A DNA stretch of 64,000 bases from an uncultured Verrucomicrobiae bacterium (lineage in GTDB: Bacteria > Verrucomicrobiota > Verrucomicrobiia > Chthoniobacterales > Terrimicrobiaceae): NCBI GenBank assembly GCA_963706955.1, contig CAVPOC010000005.1, positions 96,001-160,000 of the forward strand. The letters are read 5' to 3'. The notes under the pieces were generated by a model that was given only the letters and a program-made list of their open reading frames with translations, did no database searches and was not told the DNA's origin. The first letter of the stretch is position 1. Each line of letters begins with the position of its first letter. The translations under genes and the position numbers were made by a program. This document shows, one piece after another, positions 50,636 to 61,501 of this stretch.

Positions 50636-51711
50636 ATGAGCAAAGACCGCGGGCTTAGCGTTGGAGTTATCGGCACGGGAATCATGGGAGCCGATCACGT
50701 AGAAACGATTACGAGGGCAGTTTCCGGGGCCGAGATTTGCGCTGTCGCTGATATCGATCCCAAACGTGCAGAGAACGCCGCCGCACACGTCCCTGGCGCG
50801 AAGGCTTTCGCATCGGCCGAGCTCCTCATCGAGTCGCCCGAGGTCGATGCCGTCATTATCGCATCCAGCGATGCGACACATGCTCAGTACGTGACCGCGT
50901 GTATTTCCGTCCGAAAGCCGGTGCTGTGTGAAAAGCCGCTGGCACCGACCTTGGCGGAATGCGAGGGGATCCTTCGCCTGGAGCAGTCGGCCGGTGTGCG
51001 GCTGATCCAGGTAGGATTTATGCGTCGATTTGATCCCGGTTATGTGGAATTGCATAGAAGGATCGCCGCCGGGGAAGTGGGCACTCCCGTGCTCGCCCAT
51101 TGCGTGCATCGCAACGTCGATGTGCCCGCAGGTTGGACTTCCGAGACAACTGTGGTCAGCGCTGCTTCACACGAGATCGACGTGATGCCCTGGGTTTTCG
51201 GGCGGGACATCATCGAAGTCACCTGGCTTTCTCCAAGGCAAACTCCCCCTGCATCTCTGCGAGACCCTCAAGTGATAATAATGGAACTCGAGGGCGGCGC
51301 TCTTGTCTTTGACGAGCTCTTTATGAGGTCCGGATACGGCTACGAAATCCGATGCGAAGTTGTCGGCACAGCAGGCACAATAGAGTTGGCACCGACGTCG
51401 CGAGTTGAGTACGCGCTCGCGTTTGAAAGTCAGCCGGGACTTTCCCCCTGATTGGCGTGGACGCTTTGCGGACGCGTATCGACGGGAGTTGCAAACCTGG
51501 GTTGATGCAGTCACTCGTTGGCGTTCAGGGGAAGTCGAGAATAAGGTGGGTCCGGTCGATGGTCCCGACGCCTGGGATGGGTACCGTGCGGCGCTCGTCG
51601 CGCAAACTGTCCTGCTCTCAATGGCGCAGGGCACCCCGGTCCCCGTGCGAGCCGATGGCAGTGCCCGAATTATACAAACCTTACCACAGGTCGCTTACGA
51701 ACTCTGCATGA
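50636..51711 (+). CDS. Gfo/Idh/MocA oxidoreductase (inositol 2-dehydrogenase-like), frameshifted near the C-terminus
   Basis: GTGIMG, CEKPLA, GFMRRFD and HEID. The tail RFADAY..GPDAWDGY is in another frame. Confidence 0.85.
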
Positions 51712-51894
51712 AAGGGCCTGCCATGCAGTGCCAGAATGCGAACTGTAATCTGCCTGCGCCCACCTCCAAAAAATTTGTAGAGGCGCTACAACTCTGCCAA
51801 TTTTGGACAACGTGATTTGTTACACTGCCTACCGAAAGTGAGTCCTCACCGTTATCCGGCGGAGCTAAAGGGCCGAAGTTTTGGCCCGAACAGA

Positions 51895-53277
51895 CTATAG
51901 CGATTTCAAATACTCGATCAGTGCTACCCTGTCTGGTTCGCTAAGACTTAGCTGTAAAGGCTCCGTGTAGTGGTCGACGACCTCGCCAAGCGTCTTGAAG
52001 CGACCATCGTGATAGAAACCTCCTTTCGCTCGAACAAAAAGTCCGTTCAACGGGGTCGTTCGATACCGGCGATCCGGCGAGCGATTGGCTTGAAAATCGT
52101 CTATGCCGATCTCGGCGCCGGTATGCATTGGCCATCCCGGCTCAGTGAACAGCGGGGGAACGTGGCACGTCGCACATTTCCCAGCACCCCCAAAGACCTT
52201 CTTGCCCACCTCCGCAAGCTTATGATCGTAGGAATTAGCCGGAGGCTTGGGAGCGGGAATAGATAGCTGATAAAACTGCAGCGCCGCCATCTTGGATGTG
52301 ATCAGATCGGGCTGCCCACGGACATTGTCGAAGCCTTGGCTGACCGCCAATGGAAATTGACCGGACCGTAGCCGGCGATCAACGAATGTCCCCTGCCCAT
52401 GCATCTGAAGATTGGCCACATAGGCGTTCCAGTACGGCACGCCGCCCCAACCGGTGTAGGTATGCAGATTTTGTCCGGCTAACCCGTAGGCGGCCGGAAT
52501 GACCGTCGCCGCGGAGCGTCCGTCGGGCCGAAAACCCTTCCCATCGATGTTTAGCTGGGCATCATATTTTCCCGGACCCCAGGCGGCAAAGATTCTCCGC
52601 ACGGTCGCCTCGTCCTTGCGCAGAGCGCTGGCGAACGGCTGGAGATTCGGACCTAAATTAATAATGGCGCCGATATCGAGATCACGGTTTGGCCAGCCGT
52701 CCAGCCGGCGTCCGATGCCGCGGGCAAACGAGTTGTCCACGGTCGAATGACACAGTGCGCACTGAATGCCAACGGAGCGTAGCTTACCTTGCTCAAAGAA
52801 TCCCGTGACACCCACAACCGAGTTCGCCCGCAGCAGCTCGACGGTGGTCTTCGGATCCTCGAGGCTGACCGAGCCGCCGCGGAGCGCCTCGAAAAGAATT
52901 CTCGGCAACATTCCCGAATCAACCTTGAGACCGAGCTCAAGCGCACGTGTCGGTGTTAATCCAGGCCCGACGCCGCCGAGTTTTTCGCCGAGGATCGCCT
53001 CGTGAAGCCGCACTTGATCTCCCCAGAATCGCTCACTGCCAAAGGTATCGAAGCGAAAAATGTTTTGCCCGCTGCCCAACAGGAGGTGCGAGTTCAAGCG
53101 GATCTTGCCTTGGAATGATGGGCGCGGGATCTGCTGGGTCGTCACCGCTGGATTTGTCTCCACGCTGCGGGGAAACTCCAGACATGCCGCTACCGCAAAA
53201 ATTAAAATAGCAAACAGCGACGCAGCTTTGACGCGGCTCTTGAGCAGCATACTCTGAGGAATCTCGGACCCACACAT
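51895..53277 (-). CDS. Di-heme c-type cytochrome protein
   Basis: CALCH and CATCH; YRTTPLNGL..FYHDG resembles the peroxidase/RoxA-like C-terminal motif. Confidence 0.75.
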   Translation of the reverse strand: MCGSEIPQSMLLKSRVKAASLFAILIFAVAACLEFPRSVETNPAVTTQQIPRPSFQGKIRLNSHLLLGSGQNIFRFDTFGSERFWGDQVRLHEAILGEKLGGVGPGLTPTRALELGLKVDSGMLPRILFEALRGGSVSLEDPKTTVELLRANSVVGVTGFFEQGKLRSVGIQCALCHSTVDNSFARGIGRRLDGWPNRDLDIGAIINLGPNLQPFASALRKDEATVRRIFAAWGPGKYDAQLNIDGKGFRPDGRSAATVIPAAYGLAGQNLHTYTGWGGVPYWNAYVANLQMHGQGTFVDRRLRSGQFPLAVSQGFDNVRGQPDLITSKMAALQFYQLSIPAPKPPANSYDHKLAEVGKKVFGGAGKCATCHVPPLFTEPGWPMHTGAEIGIDDFQANRSPDRRYRTTPLNGLFVRAKGGFYHDGRFKTLGEVVDHYTEPLQLSLSEPDRVALIEYLKSL

Positions 53278-53632
53278 GATCTCCGCTCATCCAAAACGAC
53301 GGCTACCAAATCGGTCGAGCAATGGAAATTACGCCGGCCGCTCAGCGACCTTCATTTAGTGGAGGACTGTTTGAACTAGACTCAACTGAGACAAAAAGTC
53401 AATAACTTTCTTCGTTTTTGGGTTGAACCGCTATCATTGCCGTCGTTTTACGAAGGGAGTCTGCAAGGCTCAGAGCACTCCTCTGTTCGGATTCCCGAGA
53501 TTAAGAGGGGTGACAGGACGTCACGATCGCGTCACATCGGCGTCTGCTCGAGGGTGGTGCAGATCGTCTCCTCAGTTTGGCCGCGCACGAACTTTCCTTT
53601 TGCCGCCCATCTGTTTCACGATATTTGCGGAC

Positions 53633-54454
53633 TTACCGCTGTGTTGATTTGGGCGACTCTCGCTCCGCAGTGGCCGAGCCGAGATGTTTAAATTTGATGA
53701 TCGCTTCGGTGGCAGCATCAGCGATGCGCTGCTGAGTTTCAGGTGTCTGTAATGAAGCTTCCTCACTGCGATTGACAATCACGCCACATTCGAGGAGCAC
53801 CGCCGGCATTGTCGCCGTTTTCAGAACGATCAGATCGTCAAACTCGTAAAGTCCTAGGTCTTTTCGTATAAGGTTTCGGCCCTCGCCAGGAATTTTCTCC
53901 GCATGATGCAGCGTCGGAGGGAACCCTCGCGCAATCATTGCCTCACCGAGCAGACGCGCAAATTGCAGACTTTGCGCGAACTTGGGATTCTTTCGAGAAA
54001 CAAACACCGAAAAACCACTGAAGTTGTCCGAATATAGATGCGTCTTCCCGCCGACGCTCCATTCTTTCACATAGCGGCGCTGGACCGAATCATGATGGAC
54101 CGAGAGAAACAAAGTCGCCTGCTTACTGGCCGCCTGTCGAGTGCGCTCTGCGAGCGAGATGGATTTGCCATTGGGGTTGATGATAAGAGCGTCGACCTCA
54201 CCGGACTTCGTCAGGGATCGCAACAGCGCCTCGGCGATTGTCTTGTTGAAAGAATATTCGCCCACTCCTCTCGCGCTGTAGGCGCCGGGACGCTTGACGC
54301 TGTGCCCGATATCCAACGCAACGCGAGGCTTGAGGTCAGAGCCCGCACTCGTCGCGACCGACACCCAAAAAACCAGCCAATTAACAAGCAGCACGCACCT
54401 CATCTCAGATGCGCGTAACCCTACTGGAGGACAAGCCAGCCGCAAGATCGTCAT
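53633..54454 (-). CDS. N-acetylmuramoyl-L-alanine amidase (Amidase_3)
   Basis: LDIGH, GEY, SLAER, SVHHD and PAVLLECG. Confidence 0.9.
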   Translation of the reverse strand: MTILRLACPPVGLRASEMRCVLLVNWLVFWVSVATSAGSDLKPRVALDIGHSVKRPGAYSARGVGEYSFNKTIAEALLRSLTKSGEVDALIINPNGKSISLAERTRQAASKQATLFLSVHHDSVQRRYVKEWSVGGKTHLYSDNFSGFSVFVSRKNPKFAQSLQFARLLGEAMIARGFPPTLHHAEKIPGEGRNLIRKDLGLYEFDDLIVLKTATMPAVLLECGVIVNRSEEASLQTPETQQRIADAATEAIIKFKHLGSATAERESPKSTQR

Positions 54455-54770
54455 TAGCGAGCTATGTCCATCGTATCCGTTTAATCATGCCAAGTTGGAG
54501 TCCGCCAAATTACGCGCCCGATGGCTCGCATCAATTCTGGCGAACCTTCCTGGCAATGCGTGACGCGATCGAAACTTAGGAATTTAATTCTCGCGCGGAG
54601 GGAGAGCCGTCTCCTGCGGAGCAGAGCTCTGGTCCGGCCGCGCCGCAATTCCGCTTGGTGAGAAGCCTACGGAAACGACTGGGCGGTTGCCTCACGGTCG
54701 ACGTAGGTCACCGCCACGTCGATCACGAGCGCTTCCTCCAATGCGGCTTTTACCTCCCGCTGTTGGTTTT

Positions 54771-54949
54771 TCATTGACTACCTGGTCCGTCATAGCCAAC
54801 CCAACCGATGCGCCCATTTTCGCGCGCACCTTCCTGCTGCCACGCCAGCTCTTCGCCCACATGCGGTCGGAGCTCGCAGATTCCCGCGCATTCGGAGCGC
54901 ATCCGAGAAACAAAGAGGCCAAAGCCGCGACGAGTGCCAGGTGTTGCAT
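54771..54949 (-). CDS. Small lipoprotein, one base short (frameshift near 54855)
   Basis: MQHLALVAALASLFLGCAPNARESASSDRMWA / EELAWQQEGARENGRIGWVGYDGPGSQ. Confidence 0.55.
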
Positions 54950-55163
54950 AATATTAAGATACGGAGCCGACGATTCTTTGGATGCTTCTTTTTCCTCGCC
55001 TTCGCACATAAGTCACCAAGGCGCATCGTCCCGCTATGAGCTCTCTTGTTTCGCACGAATTATGGGGCATCTGGCGGTCTGGGCTTATGCCCGTGGCGCA
55101 GAGCACGGGCTGAGTCGGACGTTTCCTTTCCGTCGCTCGTCATCGTCGCCGGAGCAATGGTGC

Positions 55164-55635
55164 TCATGGGTTCAGGGAATTCGACTGGACCGAATCGTGA
55201 TGGATGGAGAGAAATAAGGTTGCGCGCCGACTGGCAGCCTGTCGAGTGCGCTCTGCTAACGAGATGGACGTGCCTTGAGGACTGATGATAAAGGCGTCGA
55301 CCTCATCGAACTTGTCAGGGATCGCAACATCCGAATTGATGGCGACGTAACGATCGTTCCCCGACCGGTTCGAGGCAGCGTATCGCTTAGAATTGGAGGC
55401 TTTTTTTAGCGAATGCCGCGGCAATGACTCTGTTGAAAGAGTATTCCCCACCTCCTCTCGCGCTGTCGGCGCCGGGACGCTTGACGCTGTGCCCGATATC
55501 CAAAGCAATGCGAGGCTTGAGGTCAGAACCCGCACCGGTCGCGATAGCCAGGCAATAGAGAAGAGGGTTAATAAGCACCCGGCAGCTCATCTCAGATGCA
55601 CCCAATCCTACTGAAGGACATCTCAGCCGCAACAA
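55164..55635 (-). pseudogene. Truncated, frameshifted duplicate of the amidase N-terminus
   Basis: GSDLKPRIALDIGHSVKRPG...SISLAERTRQAAS..ATLFLSIHHDSVQ followed by a stop. Confidence 0.8.
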
Positions 55636-55727
55636 TGACGTTTAGAAGCAAGCCCAGCAGCGATACGAACCGGACGCAGGCGGCGGCGATCCCGCCCGGC
55701 CCGACCATCGACTAGTCGACGCGTCAA

Positions 55728-56114
55728 TTAAGAAGCTCTCTTCTTCTTGGAATTCGACTTTGGACGTTCTCTGGCTGTCCGCTCGGCGGATTTTCCGGCG
55801 ACCGCTTTCTTTGGCGAACTCCCTTGATTTTGCTTCGCCCTGGAAGCGCTTGCGGGACGATTTGGAGTAAAAGAACCTGCCTTGGTCTTTAACTCGGCCG
55901 CAGCATCCTTTACTGATTTGACAGCCTGCGGGGATACTAGGGATTTTCCCTCGGCCGCTCTGTTGCCCATCACGGTCCCCGCGACGGCACCTAAGATTGC
56001 TCCGACTGGACCTGCAATCGCGCTTCCGACTACTGCTCCCGCAACTCCACCGGCTGTTTGCTTCGTGACCGGCAGATTTTCATCCGGTTTTGCCTTCGAC
56101 TTTTTCGTTGCCAT
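55728..56114 (-). CDS. Glycine-zipper basic hypothetical protein
   Basis: GGVAGAVVGSAIAGPVGAILGAVAG and a Lys-rich tail. Confidence 0.6.
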   Translation of the reverse strand: MATKKSKAKPDENLPVTKQTAGGVAGAVVGSAIAGPVGAILGAVAGTVMGNRAAEGKSLVSPQAVKSVKDAAAELKTKAGSFTPNRPASASRAKQNQGSSPKKAVAGKSAERTARERPKSNSKKKRAS

Positions 56115-56568
56115 AAAATTGATCTTTCACTCTGGTATCGTGCTAGCACCGCATAATGGTCGGCTACCGCTGAAAGTGAGAAGGCAGCCCGCTAAGTCCG
56201 GATCGCTTCGCGTCATCGGCTCCTTCAGTCGAAGGATCGCATTCGTGTGGCTTCAACTGACTATCACCATGGGAAAAATTCGTTCGGCGGGCAATACCTA
56301 CCCTGCCGAAACTTGCTCAAAGGGGTGATTCCAACCCTCTTACTTCGTCCCATTCATCAAGTGTTGGCGCCAAAGACTCCAGCGATTAGAAAAACCTCAC
56401 GGCGACGCCTTGTTACCCGCAACCTTTCTAAAATCACTTAGCTCGACCGCATGCGCCGGACGCCTGATGTGCTAGAGACCAAGACCTCAAGGGCGTGCGG
56501 CAGGGGGCTCCGGCGGGGTTCGTGGAAGGTGCTTGCATACGGGTTGTTTCCCTTTTAACAATTCGTCT

Positions 56569-57060
56569 ATGAGCACATCGAAGGTCGAAACTAACTCGCC
56601 CGCTTCACCGCTCGGCAGTTCTCTTCTGGTCCGCGCCAACGAAGGCCAGACGTTATATGCATTCGGCGAGACCTTCGTCATTCTTGTTGACGGCAAACGA
56701 ACCGGAGAGCAGTTCACGGCTTTTCTCAGTACCAGTCCGCCCGGCGGCGGGCCGGGTCCGCATTACCATGAACACGAAGATGAATGGTTCTATATCGTAG
56801 AAGGACAGGTGAGTTTTCTTCTAAACGGTAGCTGGACCGAACTGTGCCCGGGCGATTGCGTTTACTCCCCCCGCGGCTCGGTGCACGCTTTCAAGAATAA
56901 CACCGATCAACTTATTCGCGTGTTGACCACTGCCTCCCCCTCGGGAATTGAACATTTCTTTGCCGAAGCAGCCGAGGAATGGGCGAAACCTGAGCGCGAC
57001 ATGAACCGCATAATAGGGCTTGCGGAGAAATACGGACATCATCATCTCGTAAACCCATGA
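56569..57060 (+). CDS. Cupin domain protein
   Basis: PHYHEHEDEWFYIVEG and PRGSVHAFKN. Confidence 0.88.
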   Translation: MSTSKVETNSPASPLGSSLLVRANEGQTLYAFGETFVILVDGKRTGEQFTAFLSTSPPGGGPGPHYHEHEDEWFYIVEGQVSFLLNGSWTELCPGDCVYSPRGSVHAFKNNTDQLIRVLTTASPSGIEHFFAEAAEEWAKPERDMNRIIGLAEKYGHHHLVNP

Positions 57061-57393
57061 GAGCTATAAGCGGTTGTTGAGCGCGCGAAAGTCACGACTC
57101 GATCGTGACTTGCGCTGCGTAGGGACTATCCCGCCAAAGGCGGGGCTAAAAACGGCCGTGTTTTCCCTCTCCGCCTTGATCAGGATGGTTTCGCGCGCGC
57201 CGTCGGGAGCGAGGACGAAATTTGTCGGTGGGCGAGATTATCGGCCGCCACTTTGCTGATGCACGGCCCGCAAGCCTTCGGAATGTGACGCCAATGTAAC
57301 ATTCGACGCCGCCAAATGCCTTGTAAGGGGGCGACGCGCTGGAGATGCTTGCACAACATCATTCCCAAAAGTTTCAAGATCGGGAAATCACAT

Positions 57394-59058
57394 ATGAAAG
57401 TCAGAGTTTATCATAACGGCGACGACGTTTTCATTGCCTGGAAACCGGATGGGTTCATCCCGTTTTGCCGCGGATTCGCTTTGCTTCGGAGGCGCAACGG
57501 CCTTGAGGAAGTCGTGAGCACCTGGGTTGGGTTCGAGGACGACGAGCACGAGGAGGGCGAGCGCCGCGCCTCGATCAACTGGCCGATCCAGAAATACCAG
57601 TGGACCGATTACATGGCGAATCCAGGCGACAAGGTTCAATACCGCGTGCTGCCAATGGTTGGGCCGGACAAGAGGAGCCTGCGGGCTGACGCCAGCACGG
57701 CGAGCGAGTGGACCCCGGAGATCATCCTGACGCACGTGGTCACGCCGAAGATCGAGGCGTATTTCAACCGCGGCATCGTGGCCGCTCAGTGGGTCTCGCG
57801 CCGCCTGGGCATTACCGAGCAGGACTCGAAGGCGGCGAAGCTGCGGAAGGTTATCGAGACGCCGGACGATCCGTTTCGCAACTACCTGACCGGTCCGCTG
57901 GGCGCGCGGCTGTTCGCCCTGCTCGATGACGTGGCCAAGGAGAACCGGGAAATCTTTGCGGTGCTCTACGAATTGGACGACGAGCAATTGGAAGCGGCGC
58001 TCGAGAAGATCGGCCGGCGTGCGCATGTCGTCCTCGCCAATGGCAGTGTAAAGAAGAAGGGAGAAGACCAGAACAGCGAGGCGCGGGATCGGCTGCGCGA
58101 GAAGATCGATCTGCATGACCGGATGGTTTCGCCGCGCGCTCTCGGACACAACAAGTTCCTGGTCATTTGCGATGAGGACGGGAAGCCGCGCTGGGTGTGG
58201 ACGGGAAGCCAGAACTGGACGAAGACGGGGCTTTGCACGCAGGCGAACAATTCCCTGCTGATCGACGATCCTCAACTCGCCGCCGAATACAGGTCGCAGT
58301 GGACCTTATTGAAGGAGGCCGCCAACGCGACGCCGGACGATTTGAAGACGAGCAATAGTCAGCCGCGCGACGAGAAGGTGAGCCGGACGCCGGTGCGGTT
58401 GTGGTTTACGCCTACGACCGGGCAGGTCGATTTGAAGGAGGCGCGCGGGATCATCACCGGAGCGAAGCAGGCCATCCTGTTCCTGATGTTCAATCCGGGG
58501 CCCAAGGACACGCTTCTCAACGAAATCATCAAGGCGGCTCGCGCTGGCAGCGCGGGAAAACGGCTCTACATCCACGGGGCGATCAACCAGGATCCGAGCA
58601 CCTCGGCGAATCCGGTGGAGTTGTTCGAGCACGCCAACTCGGAGAAAGCGGATTTCGAGGTCGTGCTTCCGGCAGCTATCGACGAGATAACGACCTTCTG
58701 GCAAAAAGAGTTGAGAAAATTGCCGGGGACCTTTGCGATGGTCCACAGCAAGGTCGTGCTAATTGATCCGTTCAGCGAGAACCCGGTGCTCCTCACCGGC
58801 TCTCACAACCTCGGACCAAAGGCGAGTGGCATCAATGACGAGAATTTCCTAATCATTCGGGACGCTCCCGGACTGGCGGCGGCCTACGCGACGAACATCA
58901 TGGCGATCTACAACCAGTATCGCTGGCGCTTCCGCCGACAGGTTCAGCCGAAGAGCAAACGGTGGAAAGGGTTGAAGGACGACGACGCCTGGCAGAAAAG
59001 CTACCTCAAGGCCGGAAGCGAGGCGCTCCGAGAGATCGACTTTTGGGTAGGTGAATAG
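57394..59058 (+). CDS. Phospholipase D superfamily protein (two HKD motifs)
   Basis: HNKFLVICD...TGSQN and HSKVVLID...TGSHN. Confidence 0.88.
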   Translation: MKVRVYHNGDDVFIAWKPDGFIPFCRGFALLRRRNGLEEVVSTWVGFEDDEHEEGERRASINWPIQKYQWTDYMANPGDKVQYRVLPMVGPDKRSLRADASTASEWTPEIILTHVVTPKIEAYFNRGIVAAQWVSRRLGITEQDSKAAKLRKVIETPDDPFRNYLTGPLGARLFALLDDVAKENREIFAVLYELDDEQLEAALEKIGRRAHVVLANGSVKKKGEDQNSEARDRLREKIDLHDRMVSPRALGHNKFLVICDEDGKPRWVWTGSQNWTKTGLCTQANNSLLIDDPQLAAEYRSQWTLLKEAANATPDDLKTSNSQPRDEKVSRTPVRLWFTPTTGQVDLKEARGIITGAKQAILFLMFNPGPKDTLLNEIIKAARAGSAGKRLYIHGAINQDPSTSANPVELFEHANSEKADFEVVLPAAIDEITTFWQKELRKLPGTFAMVHSKVVLIDPFSENPVLLTGSHNLGPKASGINDENFLIIRDAPGLAAAYATNIMAIYNQYRWRFRRQVQPKSKRWKGLKDDDAWQKSYLKAGSEALREIDFWVGE

Positions 59059-59550
59059 CCGGGCTGCTTGGCCGATTCAGATCGGGTTGCTGCTTATCGA
59101 TCATCGGTTCAACGTCAGGATGCTCCCCCCACCGTGCCACTCGCCGGTTGAAGGCCACTCATCTCATAGTGATAGAGATTGCGGCTGGAACGCTTCCGAG
59201 AAGCAGGCGATCAGGTTTTCCTATCGCGCGGCGTTCGCGATTCTCTAGCCAGTCTCGCGGCAATATCTGTTAAGATGGGGACAGCCTCGCAGGCTTCGAA
59301 TTCGTCGCTACCAAGCGGGCCTCCACCAAATGGTTTTGCCCGGTAGAGCGCTAACGCGCAGGTGGTCGAAGCGGAGGTTCCAGAAACATCCGTGTTTGAC
59401 TTCCGGGCTTGCTTTGTCACTCTGCGCTCATGGAAACGCACGCTTTCGGCTTCAGACTTCGGGCCAACGCCCCGGAGGGCCAAAAGCGATTTCCTATCAG
59501 TCCACCGTGAATCTGAAGGTGCGGTTGGTCTTGCGGAGCGGACTAACCCG

Positions 59551-60507
59551 ATGATGGAACACATCGCCGTCGTCGGCGCCGGATACATGGGTGGCGGAAT
59601 CGCCCAGGTCTTCGCGATGGCGGGCATGGATGTGGTGATCGCGGACGCCGATCCCACCCTCGCAGCGCGCCATCTTGATCGACTTCGCCAAGAGGCCGAG
59701 GATTTCGAGAATCGAGGGCTGTTCGAGCCGGGCTCGGCGGAACTGGTGCGAAAGAACCTCCGCGCTGCCGATAGCGTTGCCGAGGCGGTCGCCGAAGCAG
59801 ATCTCATCGAGGAGGCGGTATTCGAACGGCCTGAAGTCAAGGGCCCAGTCCTGCGCAGTATCGAGTCTGCGGCTCGCCCGGAAGCAGTGATCGGCAGCAA
59901 CACCTCGACCCTGCCGATTGGTGATCTTGCTGCCGACTTGGTGCACCCGGAGCGCTTCCTCGGCATCCACTTTTCCAACCCCGCGCCGTTTATCCCGGGG
60001 GTAGAACTGATTGCGCACTCCGGAACCGACGAGGCCGTCATCGAAGCGGTCGAAGCTCTCGTGCCTGTTACGGGCAAGCTAACCGCTCGCGTTGGAGACA
60101 AGGCCGGCTTTGTGCTCAACCGGCTGCAGTACGTGCTGCTCAAGGAAGCGATCAACCTAGTCGAGGAGGGCGTGGCCACGCGAGAGGACGTGGACATTAT
60201 CGTCCGCACCACCTTCGGTTACCGGTTGCCCTTCTTTGGGCCTTTTGCCATCGCCGACATGGCCGGCCTGGACACTTACCGCGACGGCTTCCGCACCTTG
60301 CAACAGCACTACGGCGAGCGGTTGGCTGCGCCCAAGATGCTCATCGAACTGGTCTCGGCTGGCCATTACGGGGTCAAGCAAGGCGGCGGGTTCGTCACCG
60401 CAGCTGGCGACCAAGCACCGCTGGTCGCCTATCGCAACACCGCCTATGCCCGACTAGGGCAACTTCTCAAGGAACTCGGTCCGGCCCCGAAGGCAGGCGA
60501 TGAATGA
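59551..60507 (+). CDS. 3-hydroxyacyl-CoA dehydrogenase family protein
   Basis: GAGYMG, EAVFE, SNTST, HFSNP and GFVLNRL. Confidence 0.9.
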   Translation: MMEHIAVVGAGYMGGGIAQVFAMAGMDVVIADADPTLAARHLDRLRQEAEDFENRGLFEPGSAELVRKNLRAADSVAEAVAEADLIEEAVFERPEVKGPVLRSIESAARPEAVIGSNTSTLPIGDLAADLVHPERFLGIHFSNPAPFIPGVELIAHSGTDEAVIEAVEALVPVTGKLTARVGDKAGFVLNRLQYVLLKEAINLVEEGVATREDVDIIVRTTFGYRLPFFGPFAIADMAGLDTYRDGFRTLQQHYGERLAAPKMLIELVSAGHYGVKQGGGFVTAAGDQAPLVAYRNTAYARLGQLLKELGPAPKAGDE

Positions 60508-61442
60508 TCAGTTCTCCTTACACCGCTGAGAACTGGCCGATCGCCGCCTCCATGCTGTCCTTTGGAAACAAGGATTCCCACGGTGGCGCGATTCACGACG
60601 CCGAACCTGAGGAATGGGCCAAGCAGCTGCGGCTCGTGCGGCGCATCGGCTTCACCGAAGTCGACCCCACTGATACCTGGGTCCGGGTTGGCGATCTCAG
60701 TCCGGAGCGGCTCGCCGACTTCAAGAGCGTGCTCAGCGATGTCGGCCTGACGATACCCGCTATCTCGAGCGCACGTCGCAGCGTGATGGATCGCGAACAC
60801 GGCGAGGAGTACCTCGCCTACAGTCACCGGCTGCTCGATGTGGCGGCGGAGCTCGGCGTTCCGCTGGTCAACTTTGGCTTCTTCCAGGCGCTGACGGCTG
60901 AACAACAGCGCGTATTATGGTTCTGGCTGGCCGACGGCTGGCACGACGACGAGGCGCCGGAGGTGCGAAGTCGGGCCGCTTTGTTGATCCGCGAGCTGGC
61001 GGAGCACGCAGCGAAAAATGGCCAGCAGATCACTCTCGAAGTCTATGAGGACACCTACGTCGGGACTTGCGATGGGGCTGTGAAGTTCCTCAAGGAAGTT
61101 GGACACGACGCCTGCGGCTTGAACCCCGATATCGCCAATCTTATCCGTCTGCATCGTCCGATCGAGCCGGTGCAAGACATGCTCGACAAGGTCCTGCCGT
61201 ACGCCAGGTACTGGCACGTGAAAAACTACCTGCGCGACGAGGACCCGACGACCGGCCAGGTGATGAGCTTCCCAGTGCCGATGGAGTTTGGCTTGATCAA
61301 CTACCGTGCCGCCATAAGCCAGGCCCTCGAGCTCGGCTACCGCGGTGCCTTCATGTGCGAGCACTACGGCAGCGATGCGATCACTGTGATCGGCAAGAAC
61401 CGCGCTTATATCCGGGACATCCTCGCCACCTTGATCGACTGA
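60504..61442 (+). CDS. Sugar phosphate isomerase/epimerase (AP endonuclease 2 fold)
   Basis: LEVYE, NPDIAN, WHVKN and CEHY. Confidence 0.85.
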   Translation: MISSPYTAENWPIAASMLSFGNKDSHGGAIHDAEPEEWAKQLRLVRRIGFTEVDPTDTWVRVGDLSPERLADFKSVLSDVGLTIPAISSARRSVMDREHGEEYLAYSHRLLDVAAELGVPLVNFGFFQALTAEQQRVLWFWLADGWHDDEAPEVRSRAALLIRELAEHAAKNGQQITLEVYEDTYVGTCDGAVKFLKEVGHDACGLNPDIANLIRLHRPIEPVQDMLDKVLPYARYWHVKNYLRDEDPTTGQVMSFPVPMEFGLINYRAAISQALELGYRGAFMCEHYGSDAITVIGKNRAYIRDILATLID

Positions 61443-61501
61443 GCGAAGGAGCGAAGATCGTCGCGGTCATCTAGGCCCGCCGGACCACTGGAACTTAGCT
61501 C

